This document shows, one piece after another, positions 28,072-36,099 of a stretch of 36,099 nt of DNA. The first letter of the stretch is position 1; each line of letters opens with the position of its first letter. The notes beneath the pieces were generated by a model. The model was not told the origin of the DNA and ran no database searches. It worked only from the letters and a program-made list of their open reading frames with translations. The stretch lies in the IMG/VR virus record IMGVR_UViG_3300017643_000016. One strand, 5' to 3'. The position numbers and the translations under genes were made by a program. The stretch comes from a virus.

Positions 28072-28625
28072 GCAATTTTATCCCAGATCAACCCAAACAG
28101 GCAGCCGATGTGCCCTGGTTTGATGACGTGAGCAGTGATGCCGGCTGGCAGGGGCAAACCACCACGAAGTCAGTTGAAACCCTGAAAAGCGAAATCGTTC
28201 AGGCGGTCAGCCGTCTGGGCGGAATGGTAACCGGTTTTCAAAAGGGAACGTTCCAGATCGGAGAGAAAAAGCGTGAAGGTTTTCGCATGACCTACACAAT
28301 CGAAACCGGAGACGGAAAGCTGATCCCTGGGCGGATGGACATTGCGGCGTTGCCAGTGAAAAACACTTACAGCGCGCGGTCGAGCTACGAAAAACGTGCC
28401 GAAAAATCTCTAAAAATGGCTCTGTACATGCTGAGAAATTCGATTGATGGTCTCTGGTTTTTGCAGCAACTTTCCCCTGGATATGCTCCGCTCATGCCGT
28501 TCATGCTCTCTGGCAGCGGTGATCTGACCGTCAGCCAGTTGTGGAGCGAGTCAGCATTGATGACGAATCTTCTTCCTCCGGGCGAGAGCGATTTTATAGA
28601 TGGAGAGGCGAGGGAAGTTAAATGA
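28068..28625 (+). CDS. Hypothetical protein (185 aa)
   Basis: A coupled ORF in the early operon. Confidence 0.5.
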   Translation: MSNFIPDQPKQAADVPWFDDVSSDAGWQGQTTTKSVETLKSEIVQAVSRLGGMVTGFQKGTFQIGEKKREGFRMTYTIETGDGKLIPGRMDIAALPVKNTYSARSSYEKRAEKSLKMALYMLRNSIDGLWFLQQLSPGYAPLMPFMLSGSGDLTVSQLWSESALMTNLLPPGESDFIDGEAREVK

Positions 28626-29338
28626 GAGAGCGACCGATTTTATATTCAGGCGAGATGGTGCGCGCTACCCTCGATGGACGCAAAACGAAGACGCGGAGAA
28701 TCATCAAACCACAGCCTATATATAACTCAATGGGTACTTGGATATATGGCGGAGATATATTTTTCACAGAAGAAGATATGGGAATTCATCTTTTCCATAA
28801 TGTCTATGGCAACAAAGGGACGCCTTTTGGTTCTTTTTATTCAGACGGCGGAGATCATCTTTGGGTGAAAGAAACGTTTTGCGATATGGGCGCCGGAACG
28901 ATGCCCGGAAGAATCCAATACCGAGCAACATTTACCGATCTAGATCAAGCAATGTGGCATCAAAGCGGATATTCTCCGATCTGGAAGCCATCGATCTTCA
29001 TGCCTCGCTGGGCCAGCCGAATTGACCTGACGATTACGCAAGTAAAAGTCGAGCGGCTGCAGGATATTACAGAAGAAGAAGCGTGGGCCGAGGGAGTAGG
29101 CGGTCAAATGGGGCCACTTGATATTGATGGTCGTGTCCTTTTCAGGGGATTGTGGAATTCGCTCTATGCAAAACCTAAACCCGTTTATAGGGGCAAGGGA
29201 GTGATCGACTATTACGAGTCTTATCCCTGGGAAGACATCCATGAGATGCGTGAGTATCGCGGTAAGCCGTGGAATGTTATTGGCAATCCCTGGGTGTGGG
29301 CGATTTCCTTTAATGAAAAGAAACCGGAGGAGGAATAA
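28622..29338 (+). CDS. ASCH/PUA-like-fold phage protein (238 aa)
   Basis: The N-terminus RPILYSGEMVRATLDGRKTKTRRIIKPQP is the pattern commonly seen in ASCH-like phage proteins. Confidence 0.4.
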   Translation: MRERPILYSGEMVRATLDGRKTKTRRIIKPQPIYNSMGTWIYGGDIFFTEEDMGIHLFHNVYGNKGTPFGSFYSDGGDHLWVKETFCDMGAGTMPGRIQYRATFTDLDQAMWHQSGYSPIWKPSIFMPRWASRIDLTITQVKVERLQDITEEEAWAEGVGGQMGPLDIDGRVLFRGLWNSLYAKPKPVYRGKGVIDYYESYPWEDIHEMREYRGKPWNVIGNPWVWAISFNEKKPEEE

Positions 29339-29727
29339 TGTATCAGCAACTTATTTTGATCGGGCGGCTTGGGCGTGACCCAGAAATGCGTTATACCCCG
29401 ACAGGGCAGGCGGTGACGAGTTTTTCAGTGGCAACGGACCGCGTTTACCGCGATTCTGCCGATCAGCAGAAAAAGGAAACCACCTGGTTCCGCGTGGCAA
29501 CATGGGGAAAGATGGCCGAGGCCTGCAACCAGTATCTCGAAAAGGGAAAGCTGGTGATGGTAGTGGGGCGGGTATCCACTCAGGCATGGAAAGATAACAA
29601 TGGAGATGCCCGTGCCAGCCTCGAAGTGGTCGCCTCTGCGGTGAAGTTTTTGAGCCCGCATGAGGGGAACACGGTCTTGACCAGTGACCCATCCGCTGAG
29701 ATGCCGGCCGAGGATGTTCCGTTCTAA
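29338..29727 (+). CDS. ssb: Single-stranded DNA-binding protein
   Basis: The OB-fold pattern is LILIGRLGRDPEMRYTPTGQAVTSFSVA...WFRVATWGKMAE...KGKLVMVVGR. The acidic tip is EDVPF. Confidence 0.9.
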   Translation: MYQQLILIGRLGRDPEMRYTPTGQAVTSFSVATDRVYRDSADQQKKETTWFRVATWGKMAEACNQYLEKGKLVMVVGRVSTQAWKDNNGDARASLEVVASAVKFLSPHEGNTVLTSDPSAEMPAEDVPF

Positions 29728-30125
29728 TGGCTGAGCAGATGACCACTCACGAGAAATTCGCTTCCCGAGATAAGCTTTGGAGAATTTACTGGAAGCGGTT
29801 TGAAGAAATCGGAACGGCAGACGAGCGCTCCATTTATCAGGAAGCGAAGAAGGTCATCGATCCTGAAAACGCGATGGATGAAAGCAACGCTCTTATGGCT
29901 ATGCTCAGCGAGAATCTCTCTGACTCTGTGGGCGGTCAATTCTCAATGTGGCGCAATTTGCGCGAGATCGATGGAAAATTCTACGAATTTCAGGCAGTCG
30001 GGATATTCCGGTACAAAACCGCGAGCGTTCGCAGCGCGATCTGCAAAGCATTTTTGATCAATCGCGTCTATCACGAATTCAAGGCTGCCGAGGAAAAGCA
30101 ATTATGCGGCATTTCGTTCCAGTAG
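29727..30125 (+). CDS. Hypothetical protein (132 aa)
   Basis: TAATG coupling to ssb. Confidence 0.45.
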   Translation: MAEQMTTHEKFASRDKLWRIYWKRFEEIGTADERSIYQEAKKVIDPENAMDESNALMAMLSENLSDSVGGQFSMWRNLREIDGKFYEFQAVGIFRYKTASVRSAICKAFLINRVYHEFKAAEEKQLCGISFQ

Positions 30126-30532
30126 ACGGCCGGCCAACGTTTTCACGGGCATTGATCATCCGTCTGGGGAGGCTGTTGGACATGGAGTACAAGCCGGCAG
30201 AGATTGCAGATGAACTGGGCATCTCTGCGGATACGATCCGCCGCAACTATCTGCGCAATGGATGCCCACACCGGCGTGAGAGCAGCGGGGCGATCTGGAT
30301 TCACGGTAAAAGCTTCGCGGCCTGGGCAATGGAGATCAACGAGCTCAATAAGCGAAAGTCATTTGTGCTCAGCGACAGCCAGACGTGGTGCGTCCGCTGC
30401 AATCATGTGGTCGAAATGGTCGATATGCACGAACGCCGCATCAAGCAAAATCTGATCATGATCTATGGAAAATGCTCGGTCTGCGGCGGAAAAGTGAACC
30501 GGCTGAAAAGCGGGAAGGAAGATGAAAAATGA
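30104..30532 (+). CDS. HTH plus zinc-ribbon DNA-binding protein (Xis/RDF or regulator candidate)
   Basis: The HTH is PAEIADELGISADTIRRNYL. The zinc-ribbon cysteines are CVRC...CSVC. ATG at 30104 (the ORF track starts at 29948 inside the previous gene). Confidence 0.4.
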   Translation: MRHFVPVDGRPTFSRALIIRLGRLLDMEYKPAEIADELGISADTIRRNYLRNGCPHRRESSGAIWIHGKSFAAWAMEINELNKRKSFVLSDSQTWCVRCNHVVEMVDMHERRIKQNLIMIYGKCSVCGGKVNRLKSGKEDEK

Positions 30533-30864
30533 AAAATAAAATAATCACAATAACGACGACTACCGTTCCGGATGAAGAACTCGAAAAATTACATAGAGAA
30601 ATCGAACAGTTGCATTCAACAATCAAAGAACTTGAAGAAAAATATGATAACGCAAAGAAAGAAATTGCCAATAATCTCGAAATTCTAAAAGACCCCGTGG
30701 CTGTTCGTCTCAACATTCGGCGCGGCATGATCGTTCTTCCGGACGACTATGTTGATAAAACCGCTTTCGAAGAAGAGCTGGATCGCCTGAAAAATATTGA
30801 ATCCTCGGTACTCATTGGAGATTTTTGCCCCAATTGCGGAGAAAGAATAGCTAAACCTAAATGA
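30529..30864 (+). CDS. Coiled-coil protein with a C-terminal CPNCG knuckle (111 aa)
   Basis: ATGA overlap with the upstream gene. The heptad-rich segment is EELEKLHREIEQLHSTIKELEEKYDNAKKEI. Confidence 0.45.
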   Translation: MKNKIITITTTTVPDEELEKLHREIEQLHSTIKELEEKYDNAKKEIANNLEILKDPVAVRLNIRRGMIVLPDDYVDKTAFEEELDRLKNIESSVLIGDFCPNCGERIAKPK

Positions 30865-30968
30865 TGGTCAGATGCGGAGAGGAAACTGAAGGCGATAAGC
30901 ATACCTGCAGAACTTGTGACTGCTCAATGTGTCCGTGGAAAATTGCAAAAACCGGAACGAACGGGTGA
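30864..30968 (+). CDS. Possible 34-aa Cys-rich micro-ORF (MVRCGEETEGDKHTCRTCDCSMCPWKIAKTGTNG)
   Basis: The ATG overlaps the upstream stop (ATGATG). The stop TGA at 30966..30968 lies 2 nt before the ATG at 30971. It is below the ORF-track size cutoff. Confidence 0.25.
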   Translation: MVRCGEETEGDKHTCRTCDCSMCPWKIAKTGTNG

Positions 30969-30970
30969 AA

Positions 30971-32053
30971 ATGATCAACCGTGAAAACTGGCTCGACACA
31001 AAAGAATATCTTGGCTATCTGGGCCGGGTGCGTCAACTGGATGAAAAGACCATCCACCGCCGGCGCGAGCAGCTCACGCATTTGCTCGAATGGGCAGACG
31101 CGAAATCGCTTGGGCAATCACGGGAGATCGATCCGACCTTCCCGGTCTACCTGCAAACTTCACGGCGCGACGGGGTAGGGTCTGCTCTGGCTCCATCCAC
31201 GATGAAGGCTACCTGCAGCGTCGTGCGCGGGTTCTTCGAATGGGCCCGACAGGAGATGCCACGAAAATATGGACGGATCAGTCAATCGTGGATCGATTCG
31301 CTCAAGCCGGCCAGGGCATACGGGATGCAGACCGAAGTCAAACATCATGAATTTTTTACCTATGATGAAATGTTGCGTATAGCGAGCCTGAACATTACCA
31401 CTCTTTTCGAGGAACGCGCTCAGGCCATCGTCTGTCTGGGATACCTTTCGGGAATGCGGGCGGATGCTCTGGTGACGCTGCCGATCAGTTGCATCGACAT
31501 CCACAAGCGGGTAGTGTACCAGTATCCGAGTGCCGGGGTGCGTACGAAAAACCACAAGGCAGGGCAGACGCCGATCCTGCCGCTGCCGAAAATCTATGAT
31601 GTGGTCTGCGCGTGGGATGATAAAGTGCGCTCTCTTCTTCCGGTTGATTCGCTATGGTGCGCTGCCATTGACCGGATGGGTGAAAATCTTGTTGCCAAGA
31701 ACGTTGCTTCCGCCGGCCGCCGGCAAATCCTTGAGAAATCGATCCGCCTGGTGTGCGAAATGGCCGGGGTCAAATACCGCAACCCGCACCAGCTCAGGCA
31801 TGGGTTTACCGTTTACACAGTGAAGCGGGCAAAGAACCTTGAACAATTGAAAGCGATCAGCCAGACCTTGATGCACGAATCCGTGGGAACTACCGACCGA
31901 ATTTATGCCGCCCTGGCTGGGGATGACGTGCAGGCTGTCATCGATAGCCTGGCCTCCGAGCCGGCCAGCGGTGATCTTGATTTCGACGGGCTGCGTGCTC
32001 TGGCAACAGTGCTTAAAGAGCATCCGGGAGTTCTGGATGCTCTGGGAAAATAA
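30971..32053 (+). CDS. int: Tyrosine recombinase/phage integrase
   Basis: The catalytic-domain signatures are MRADAL (Arg), HQLRHGF (HxxR) and LMHESVGTTDRIY (His and the Tyr nucleophile). The alternative start at 30929 would overlap the micro-ORF. Confidence 0.9.
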   Translation: MINRENWLDTKEYLGYLGRVRQLDEKTIHRRREQLTHLLEWADAKSLGQSREIDPTFPVYLQTSRRDGVGSALAPSTMKATCSVVRGFFEWARQEMPRKYGRISQSWIDSLKPARAYGMQTEVKHHEFFTYDEMLRIASLNITTLFEERAQAIVCLGYLSGMRADALVTLPISCIDIHKRVVYQYPSAGVRTKNHKAGQTPILPLPKIYDVVCAWDDKVRSLLPVDSLWCAAIDRMGENLVAKNVASAGRRQILEKSIRLVCEMAGVKYRNPHQLRHGFTVYTVKRAKNLEQLKAISQTLMHESVGTTDRIYAALAGDDVQAVIDSLASEPASGDLDFDGLRALATVLKEHPGVLDALGK

Positions 32054-32054
32054 A

Positions 32055-32861
32055 ATGGATGGAATTTGCCGAATTTGCGGTCTTGAATCTTCTGGGGTCG
32101 ATTTCGATTCCTGGGTAAAGGACACCTTCACCAATTATGACCTTCTACACCCGGGGAACATCATCTGCAATGCGTGTGTGTTCTGGTTTGATCAGCGTTC
32201 TGCCCAGTTACAAAATCTAATGGGTAAAGACAAGCCGCAGAAGATGCAGAATTACAGCCATTTTGTTGTAGATGGCGAGTGGATCCCAGTGGGAAAAGGA
32301 AATAAAGCCAGAATGGCAGAATTACTGCTTGGAAAGCAATTCCCGGAACTGGCAGTAATCGCCGTAAGTGGTCAGAAGCATCTGGCTTTCAGGGCCCGCA
32401 GAAATGTATCTGGAAGAGATTGCGGATGGGTCCAGTTTGAAGAGAAATCCATCTGGGTGGAGCAGAGTTCTTTGAAAGAGATGATCTTCAATATCGAACA
32501 GCTTTACAGCGTCTTCTCAAAAGGAGAAATCGAGACTGGACACTACTACCCGTCGCGGATCATTGATTTTGGGATGGAGAGATGGAAGTTTTTCGAGGAT
32601 AAGATCAAGCCGGCAAGAAAGACGGCTTTGTTTCAATTGAGTCTATTTTTGGCACAAAGGAGTGACGATGGAACCGGAGAATTCGAAACAAGCGGAAGTG
32701 GCGACGATGCTCTCGATCTTGTGGAGGGGAATTCCCCTGGATTACAAGAGCAAATACCGGATGACGATCTGGGAGCAGTTCGAGAACGAGATCAGAGCGG
32801 CAGCATACACCAGCAAGCTGACGAAGTTCGTCAACTCAATTTCTTCGAGAATGCAGATTGA
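32055..32861 (+). CDS. csf1: Csf1-like (type IV Cas8-like large subunit) zinc-finger protein
   Basis: The N-terminus has CRICG...(30 aa)...CNAC, a CxxC/CxxC finger. It is the first gene of a Cas11, Cas7, Cas5 cluster. The ATG at 32055 is 1 nt after the int stop. The last ~65 codons overlap the next gene out of frame. Confidence 0.6.
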   Translation: MDGICRICGLESSGVDFDSWVKDTFTNYDLLHPGNIICNACVFWFDQRSAQLQNLMGKDKPQKMQNYSHFVVDGEWIPVGKGNKARMAELLLGKQFPELAVIAVSGQKHLAFRARRNVSGRDCGWVQFEEKSIWVEQSSLKEMIFNIEQLYSVFSKGEIETGHYYPSRIIDFGMERWKFFEDKIKPARKTALFQLSLFLAQRSDDGTGEFETSGSGDDALDLVEGNSPGLQEQIPDDDLGAVRERDQSGSIHQQADEVRQLNFFENAD

Positions 32862-33033
32862 AGTCGGCAGAAATGAAGAAGAACGGGCGGTATTCGAAAA
32901 GATACTGCAGACTGCAGATGATCGGACCGTTCTCAAGATGCTGAGAGAAGAAACAACCATCCTTGTATTGAAGGTCAGAGTGGATAACGAAGAAAAGCGG
33001 GCCGAGTGGAAAGCCAGAAATGAGGAAAAATAA
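32668..33033 (+). CDS. cas11: Cas11-like small subunit (121 aa, helical)
   Basis: AAGGAG (32657..32662) lies 5 nt before the ATG at 32668. The size, helical and charged composition, and position between csf1 and csf2 match the type IV-B layout. Confidence 0.55.
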   Translation: MEPENSKQAEVATMLSILWRGIPLDYKSKYRMTIWEQFENEIRAAAYTSKLTKFVNSISSRMQIEVGRNEEERAVFEKILQTADDRTVLKMLREETTILVLKVRVDNEEKRAEWKARNEEK

Positions 33034-34007
33034 TGCGCACCTATATTTTCGAAGGAATCATGACTGCCCAGACAAGCATTTCCCATATTGGGGAGACTTT
33101 CGGGATCAACGCAAAACTGCGCCGCGAAAAGATCATCCAGCCAGATGGAACGGTTGAAGAAGTGCCGATCATTTCAGGGAACGCGATTCGGGGCATCCTG
33201 CGTGATCGCGGAATGCTGCACATGCTCAAACTGTTGGGTTATGGCATCAACGAAGAGACAGGCGAGGTAAACGGTCTTAGCCTGGCAGCCTTTTACTTTT
33301 TATTCAGCGGTGGATCGCTGACGAAATCAGGGAATGCCGGCATCGACGTGGATGAAGCACGCCGATGGAGAAAACTGATCCCGCTCGTCTCAATCTTTGG
33401 GGGAGCGATGGGTAATCAGATCATGCCGGGGGCTGCGAAAATCGGCAAAGGGATCCCAATTTGCAAGGAAACAGCCCATCTGATTCCACAGAGATTCGTA
33501 ACAGGAAATGAACAATCCATTTGGGATATGTGCCAGGAAGAGGCATACACACGGAGAGACGACGAGAAAAACGAGCATTTGCGTATGCTGATCGCCCCTG
33601 AAGTACGCGGATTATTGGAAGCGGACGCTGCCTACAAGCGCGAAAAACGAGGAACGTCTGAAGAAGTCGCGGGAGAGACCGGTCAATCTCAGCAAATGCG
33701 CTATTTTGTAGAGACCCTGGCCGCCGGAACGCAGTTGTTTTTCGACGTCTCCCTGGATGATGTTAGTGACCTGGAATTCGAAGCTTTCTGCGTCACATTG
33801 GCTGAATTTGGCCGTCTGCCTTATTTGGGCGGAAAATCCAATGTCGGGCATGGCAAGGTATCTATCAAGTTCGATAACTGGATTGAGATCAACCCGCGCC
33901 TTGCCCCGGAAGGGAAAAAACTGGACTCTCCGCTCGGAACGAAATATCTGCAACATCTCAAAGAGAACGGAAACGCTATCCGGGAGATCATCAATGGACT
34001 CCAGTAA
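33033..34007 (+). CDS. csf2: Csf2 (type IV Cas7-family RAMP backbone subunit)
   Basis: ISGNAIRGILRD, FSGGSL, SIFGGAMGN and the C-terminal YLGGKSNVGHGKV glycine-rich loops are RAMP/Cas7 signatures. TAATG coupling to the upstream gene. Confidence 0.75.
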   Translation: MRTYIFEGIMTAQTSISHIGETFGINAKLRREKIIQPDGTVEEVPIISGNAIRGILRDRGMLHMLKLLGYGINEETGEVNGLSLAAFYFLFSGGSLTKSGNAGIDVDEARRWRKLIPLVSIFGGAMGNQIMPGAAKIGKGIPICKETAHLIPQRFVTGNEQSIWDMCQEEAYTRRDDEKNEHLRMLIAPEVRGLLEADAAYKREKRGTSEEVAGETGQSQQMRYFVETLAAGTQLFFDVSLDDVSDLEFEAFCVTLAEFGRLPYLGGKSNVGHGKVSIKFDNWIEINPRLAPEGKKLDSPLGTKYLQHLKENGNAIREIINGLQ

Positions 34008-34683
34008 TTTTGAAAATCTCCGGGTGCGCGCCTGGATGCAGTCACCAATTGTAAGTGATGATTGGTGCCCACTGGATGGCGCTTTGCTTTATCAATTCGT
34101 CCGCGAAGATCTGGGTTATCAGGAAGTCACGATATCAGGAGCATCCTTGTTGGAGCAGCCGAAGGGCGAGCCAATGCGCGGCGGAAGGATGCCGATTGCG
34201 GTAGTGCATGGTAAATACTGGTATTATCGATGCTCCTGGGCGGTGTTTGGTCCGTATATGGATGGTCAGGATTTTTGGAATAAACGATTCAGCGCAAGCC
34301 ATGCCGACCTGATCGATTTCAAAGGAAAACGTGGAAAAATCGATACCAGCTCTTCGATCTATAAGGCATATCGAATGCCTGTGTTTTATCGTTCTGCTTT
34401 ATGGATCGAATGGTATTTGCGCTGTGATGTTGATTGGCTGAAATCCATTCTTCCAATGGTCACTCATTTGGGAAAGAAGACCAGCCAGGGGTGGGGAAAG
34501 GTGCTCCGCTGGGAAATCAACAATGCTGAATCTGACATTAGCATCTGGAAAGGGAAAAAATTGATGCGCGGGATCCCTTTGCGGGATTGTCCAGAAGATC
34601 ATTTTGTGAATAAAGTGGGTCTTTATGGAATAAGACCCCCGTACTGGGATAAACGCAATCAAATGGAGCTGGTATTGCCGTGA
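33994..34683 (+). CDS. csf3: Csf3 (type IV Cas5-family RAMP)
   Basis: The N-terminus has PLDGALLY and the C-terminus has the glycine loop LGKKTSQGWGKV. 229 aa, overlapping csf2 by 14 nt. Confidence 0.65.
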   Translation: MDSSNFENLRVRAWMQSPIVSDDWCPLDGALLYQFVREDLGYQEVTISGASLLEQPKGEPMRGGRMPIAVVHGKYWYYRCSWAVFGPYMDGQDFWNKRFSASHADLIDFKGKRGKIDTSSSIYKAYRMPVFYRSALWIEWYLRCDVDWLKSILPMVTHLGKKTSQGWGKVLRWEINNAESDISIWKGKKLMRGIPLRDCPEDHFVNKVGLYGIRPPYWDKRNQMELVLP

Positions 34684-35297
34684 TCTCCGAAGAGGATCTG
34701 CTCGATATTGCTGACCATGCAACCAGATCGCTGATCAAACGCGTTTTGATCGGGGCGAGGATCAGTGATGCAGAGGCAGATGATATGCGTCAGGCGGCTG
34801 TTTTGAAACTGCTGTTGTATGGTCAAAAGCATGATCTGAATATCGGCATGAGGCCTTTGCTTTTCGTGATTGCCAAACATGCGGCATTTGAGTGGATTTA
34901 CTGGTGGCAGCATAATATCCGTAATTCGGCCTATTTTTGCGGAAACAGAATGGCAAACTCTGAGCAAAGGAAATCAATCCAGGTAATCAGTCTCGATGGT
35001 ATTGAGGATTCCGGTTATCAGCCGGCCGCAGAAATTCCAGATTTAGCAACAGAGCCTCTTCCGAAAGAGGTGAATGACCAACTTTATAAAATCCTGTGCG
35101 ATGAACGAAAAAAGAAAGGAATGCGCGGAACAATGGCGGCGGTAAGGGATATTCGAATCATCAATTATGTGGTCATGGGCTATAACAATACCGCCATTGC
35201 CAACGAACTGAATTCTTCTGGAAGGGATATCAGCCATTACAGGAGATCGATTCAGAAAAGGCTTTCTAATCATTTGAATAAGCGAGTTCGTTCATGA
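34680..35297 (+). CDS. Sigma-70 family (ECF-like) sigma factor-like protein
   Basis: Region-2-like segments are DAEADDMRQAAVLKLL and LLFVIAKHAAFEWIYWW. The region-4 HTH-like segment is GYNNTAIANELNSSGRDISHYRRSIQKRL. The GTG start overlaps the csf3 stop, and the stop overlaps the next ATG. Confidence 0.5.
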   Translation: MISEEDLLDIADHATRSLIKRVLIGARISDAEADDMRQAAVLKLLLYGQKHDLNIGMRPLLFVIAKHAAFEWIYWWQHNIRNSAYFCGNRMANSEQRKSIQVISLDGIEDSGYQPAAEIPDLATEPLPKEVNDQLYKILCDERKKKGMRGTMAAVRDIRIINYVVMGYNNTAIANELNSSGRDISHYRRSIQKRLSNHLNKRVRS

Positions 35298-35972
35298 TCG
35301 ACGAAAATATTTATTGGCAATACTCAAAACTGGATTCGTTCAAAAGAAAGGTCAACAACGCCGAAAGTTTGATCAATCTAGCCTTCTCTAAGGCGAGAAA
35401 TTGGTACGTTTCTACGTCTTGGGGGAAAGACAGTATTAGCCTGGTCGATATGGTAAGGAATATAAGACCGGAAATAGAAGTCGTGTTTATCGATGGTGGG
35501 ATCGAGCTATTAGAGATAGATCGTGAATCTATCGAGAGTTATGTGAAAAAAAATAAGATAAATCTTATCCATTTGAAGTGGAGTAAATTGGATTATCTTA
35601 GAGAAGAAAAGAAAAATGAAAAAGGAGATGCAAAGAAGATTCTTTATAATTCAATGTTTGCCCCGTTGAATAACTGGCTGAAAATCCGTCCAGATATCAA
35701 TGGTGTTTTTATGGGGCTGAGACGAGAAGAAAGCAAAATCCGGTATTTATCAATTGGGAAATTTGGCCCATTGCATGAATATCAGTCTGGAAGCAATAAG
35801 GGATTATGGAGATCGTTGCCTTTATTTGATTGGAAGACCATCGAGGTTGGTGCTTATGTGGTCTCTCGAGGACTGCCAATTTTAGATATCTATAAGAAGA
35901 TGGGGTTCGAAGCAAGGTCCGGTATGTTCGGATTTGGCTCTTCTCAATTCGGCAGATTCGCCTATCTGAAGC

Positions 35973-36099
<127 letters not shown>

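Noticed and set aside
31905-32054. Upstream extension of csf1 given by the ORF track (start 31905)
   Set aside because: It lies entirely inside the integrase coding region in another frame. The ATG at 32055 directly follows the int stop.

Overview
The window is a complete, circularly closed genome of a temperate siphovirus-like tailed phage. The first 127 bp are identical to the last 127 bp, leaving 35,972 unique bp. Gene order on the + strand is as follows. A LuxR-type HTH gene comes first, then two small membrane (holin-like) proteins. Next is a packaging and virion block: HNH, TerS, TerL, portal, ClpP-like protease, scaffold-like protein, major capsid, neck and tail tube. This is followed by two tail chaperones with an A_AAA_AAC -1 slippery site, the tape measure, distal tail and fibre genes, and a GH25+SH3 endolysin. 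A convergent minus-strand accessory island (18969..21087) and a CI-like repressor (21188..21589) follow. Downstream of a divergent promoter/operator region is an early operon on the + strand. It carries small regulators, a tRNA-Ser-like gene, a replication organizer with a DnaA-N-like tail, a metallopeptidase, C5 and N4/N6 DNA methyltransferases, SSB and a tyrosine integrase. The stand-out feature sits between the integrase and a tRNA 3'-end fragment (candidate attP). It is a tightly start/stop-coupled operon that reads as an array-less type IV-B CRISPR-Cas-like effector. Its genes are a Csf1-like zinc-finger protein, a Cas11-like protein, Csf2/Cas7 and Csf3/Cas5, plus a cysteine-free PAPS-reductase-fold (cysH-like) gene. 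A sigma-70/ECF-like gene is inserted between csf3 and the cysH-like gene. I found no CRISPR array, cas1/2, cas6, dinG or nuclease anywhere in the closed genome. All calls come from reading the translations and the DNA by eye; no searches were run.
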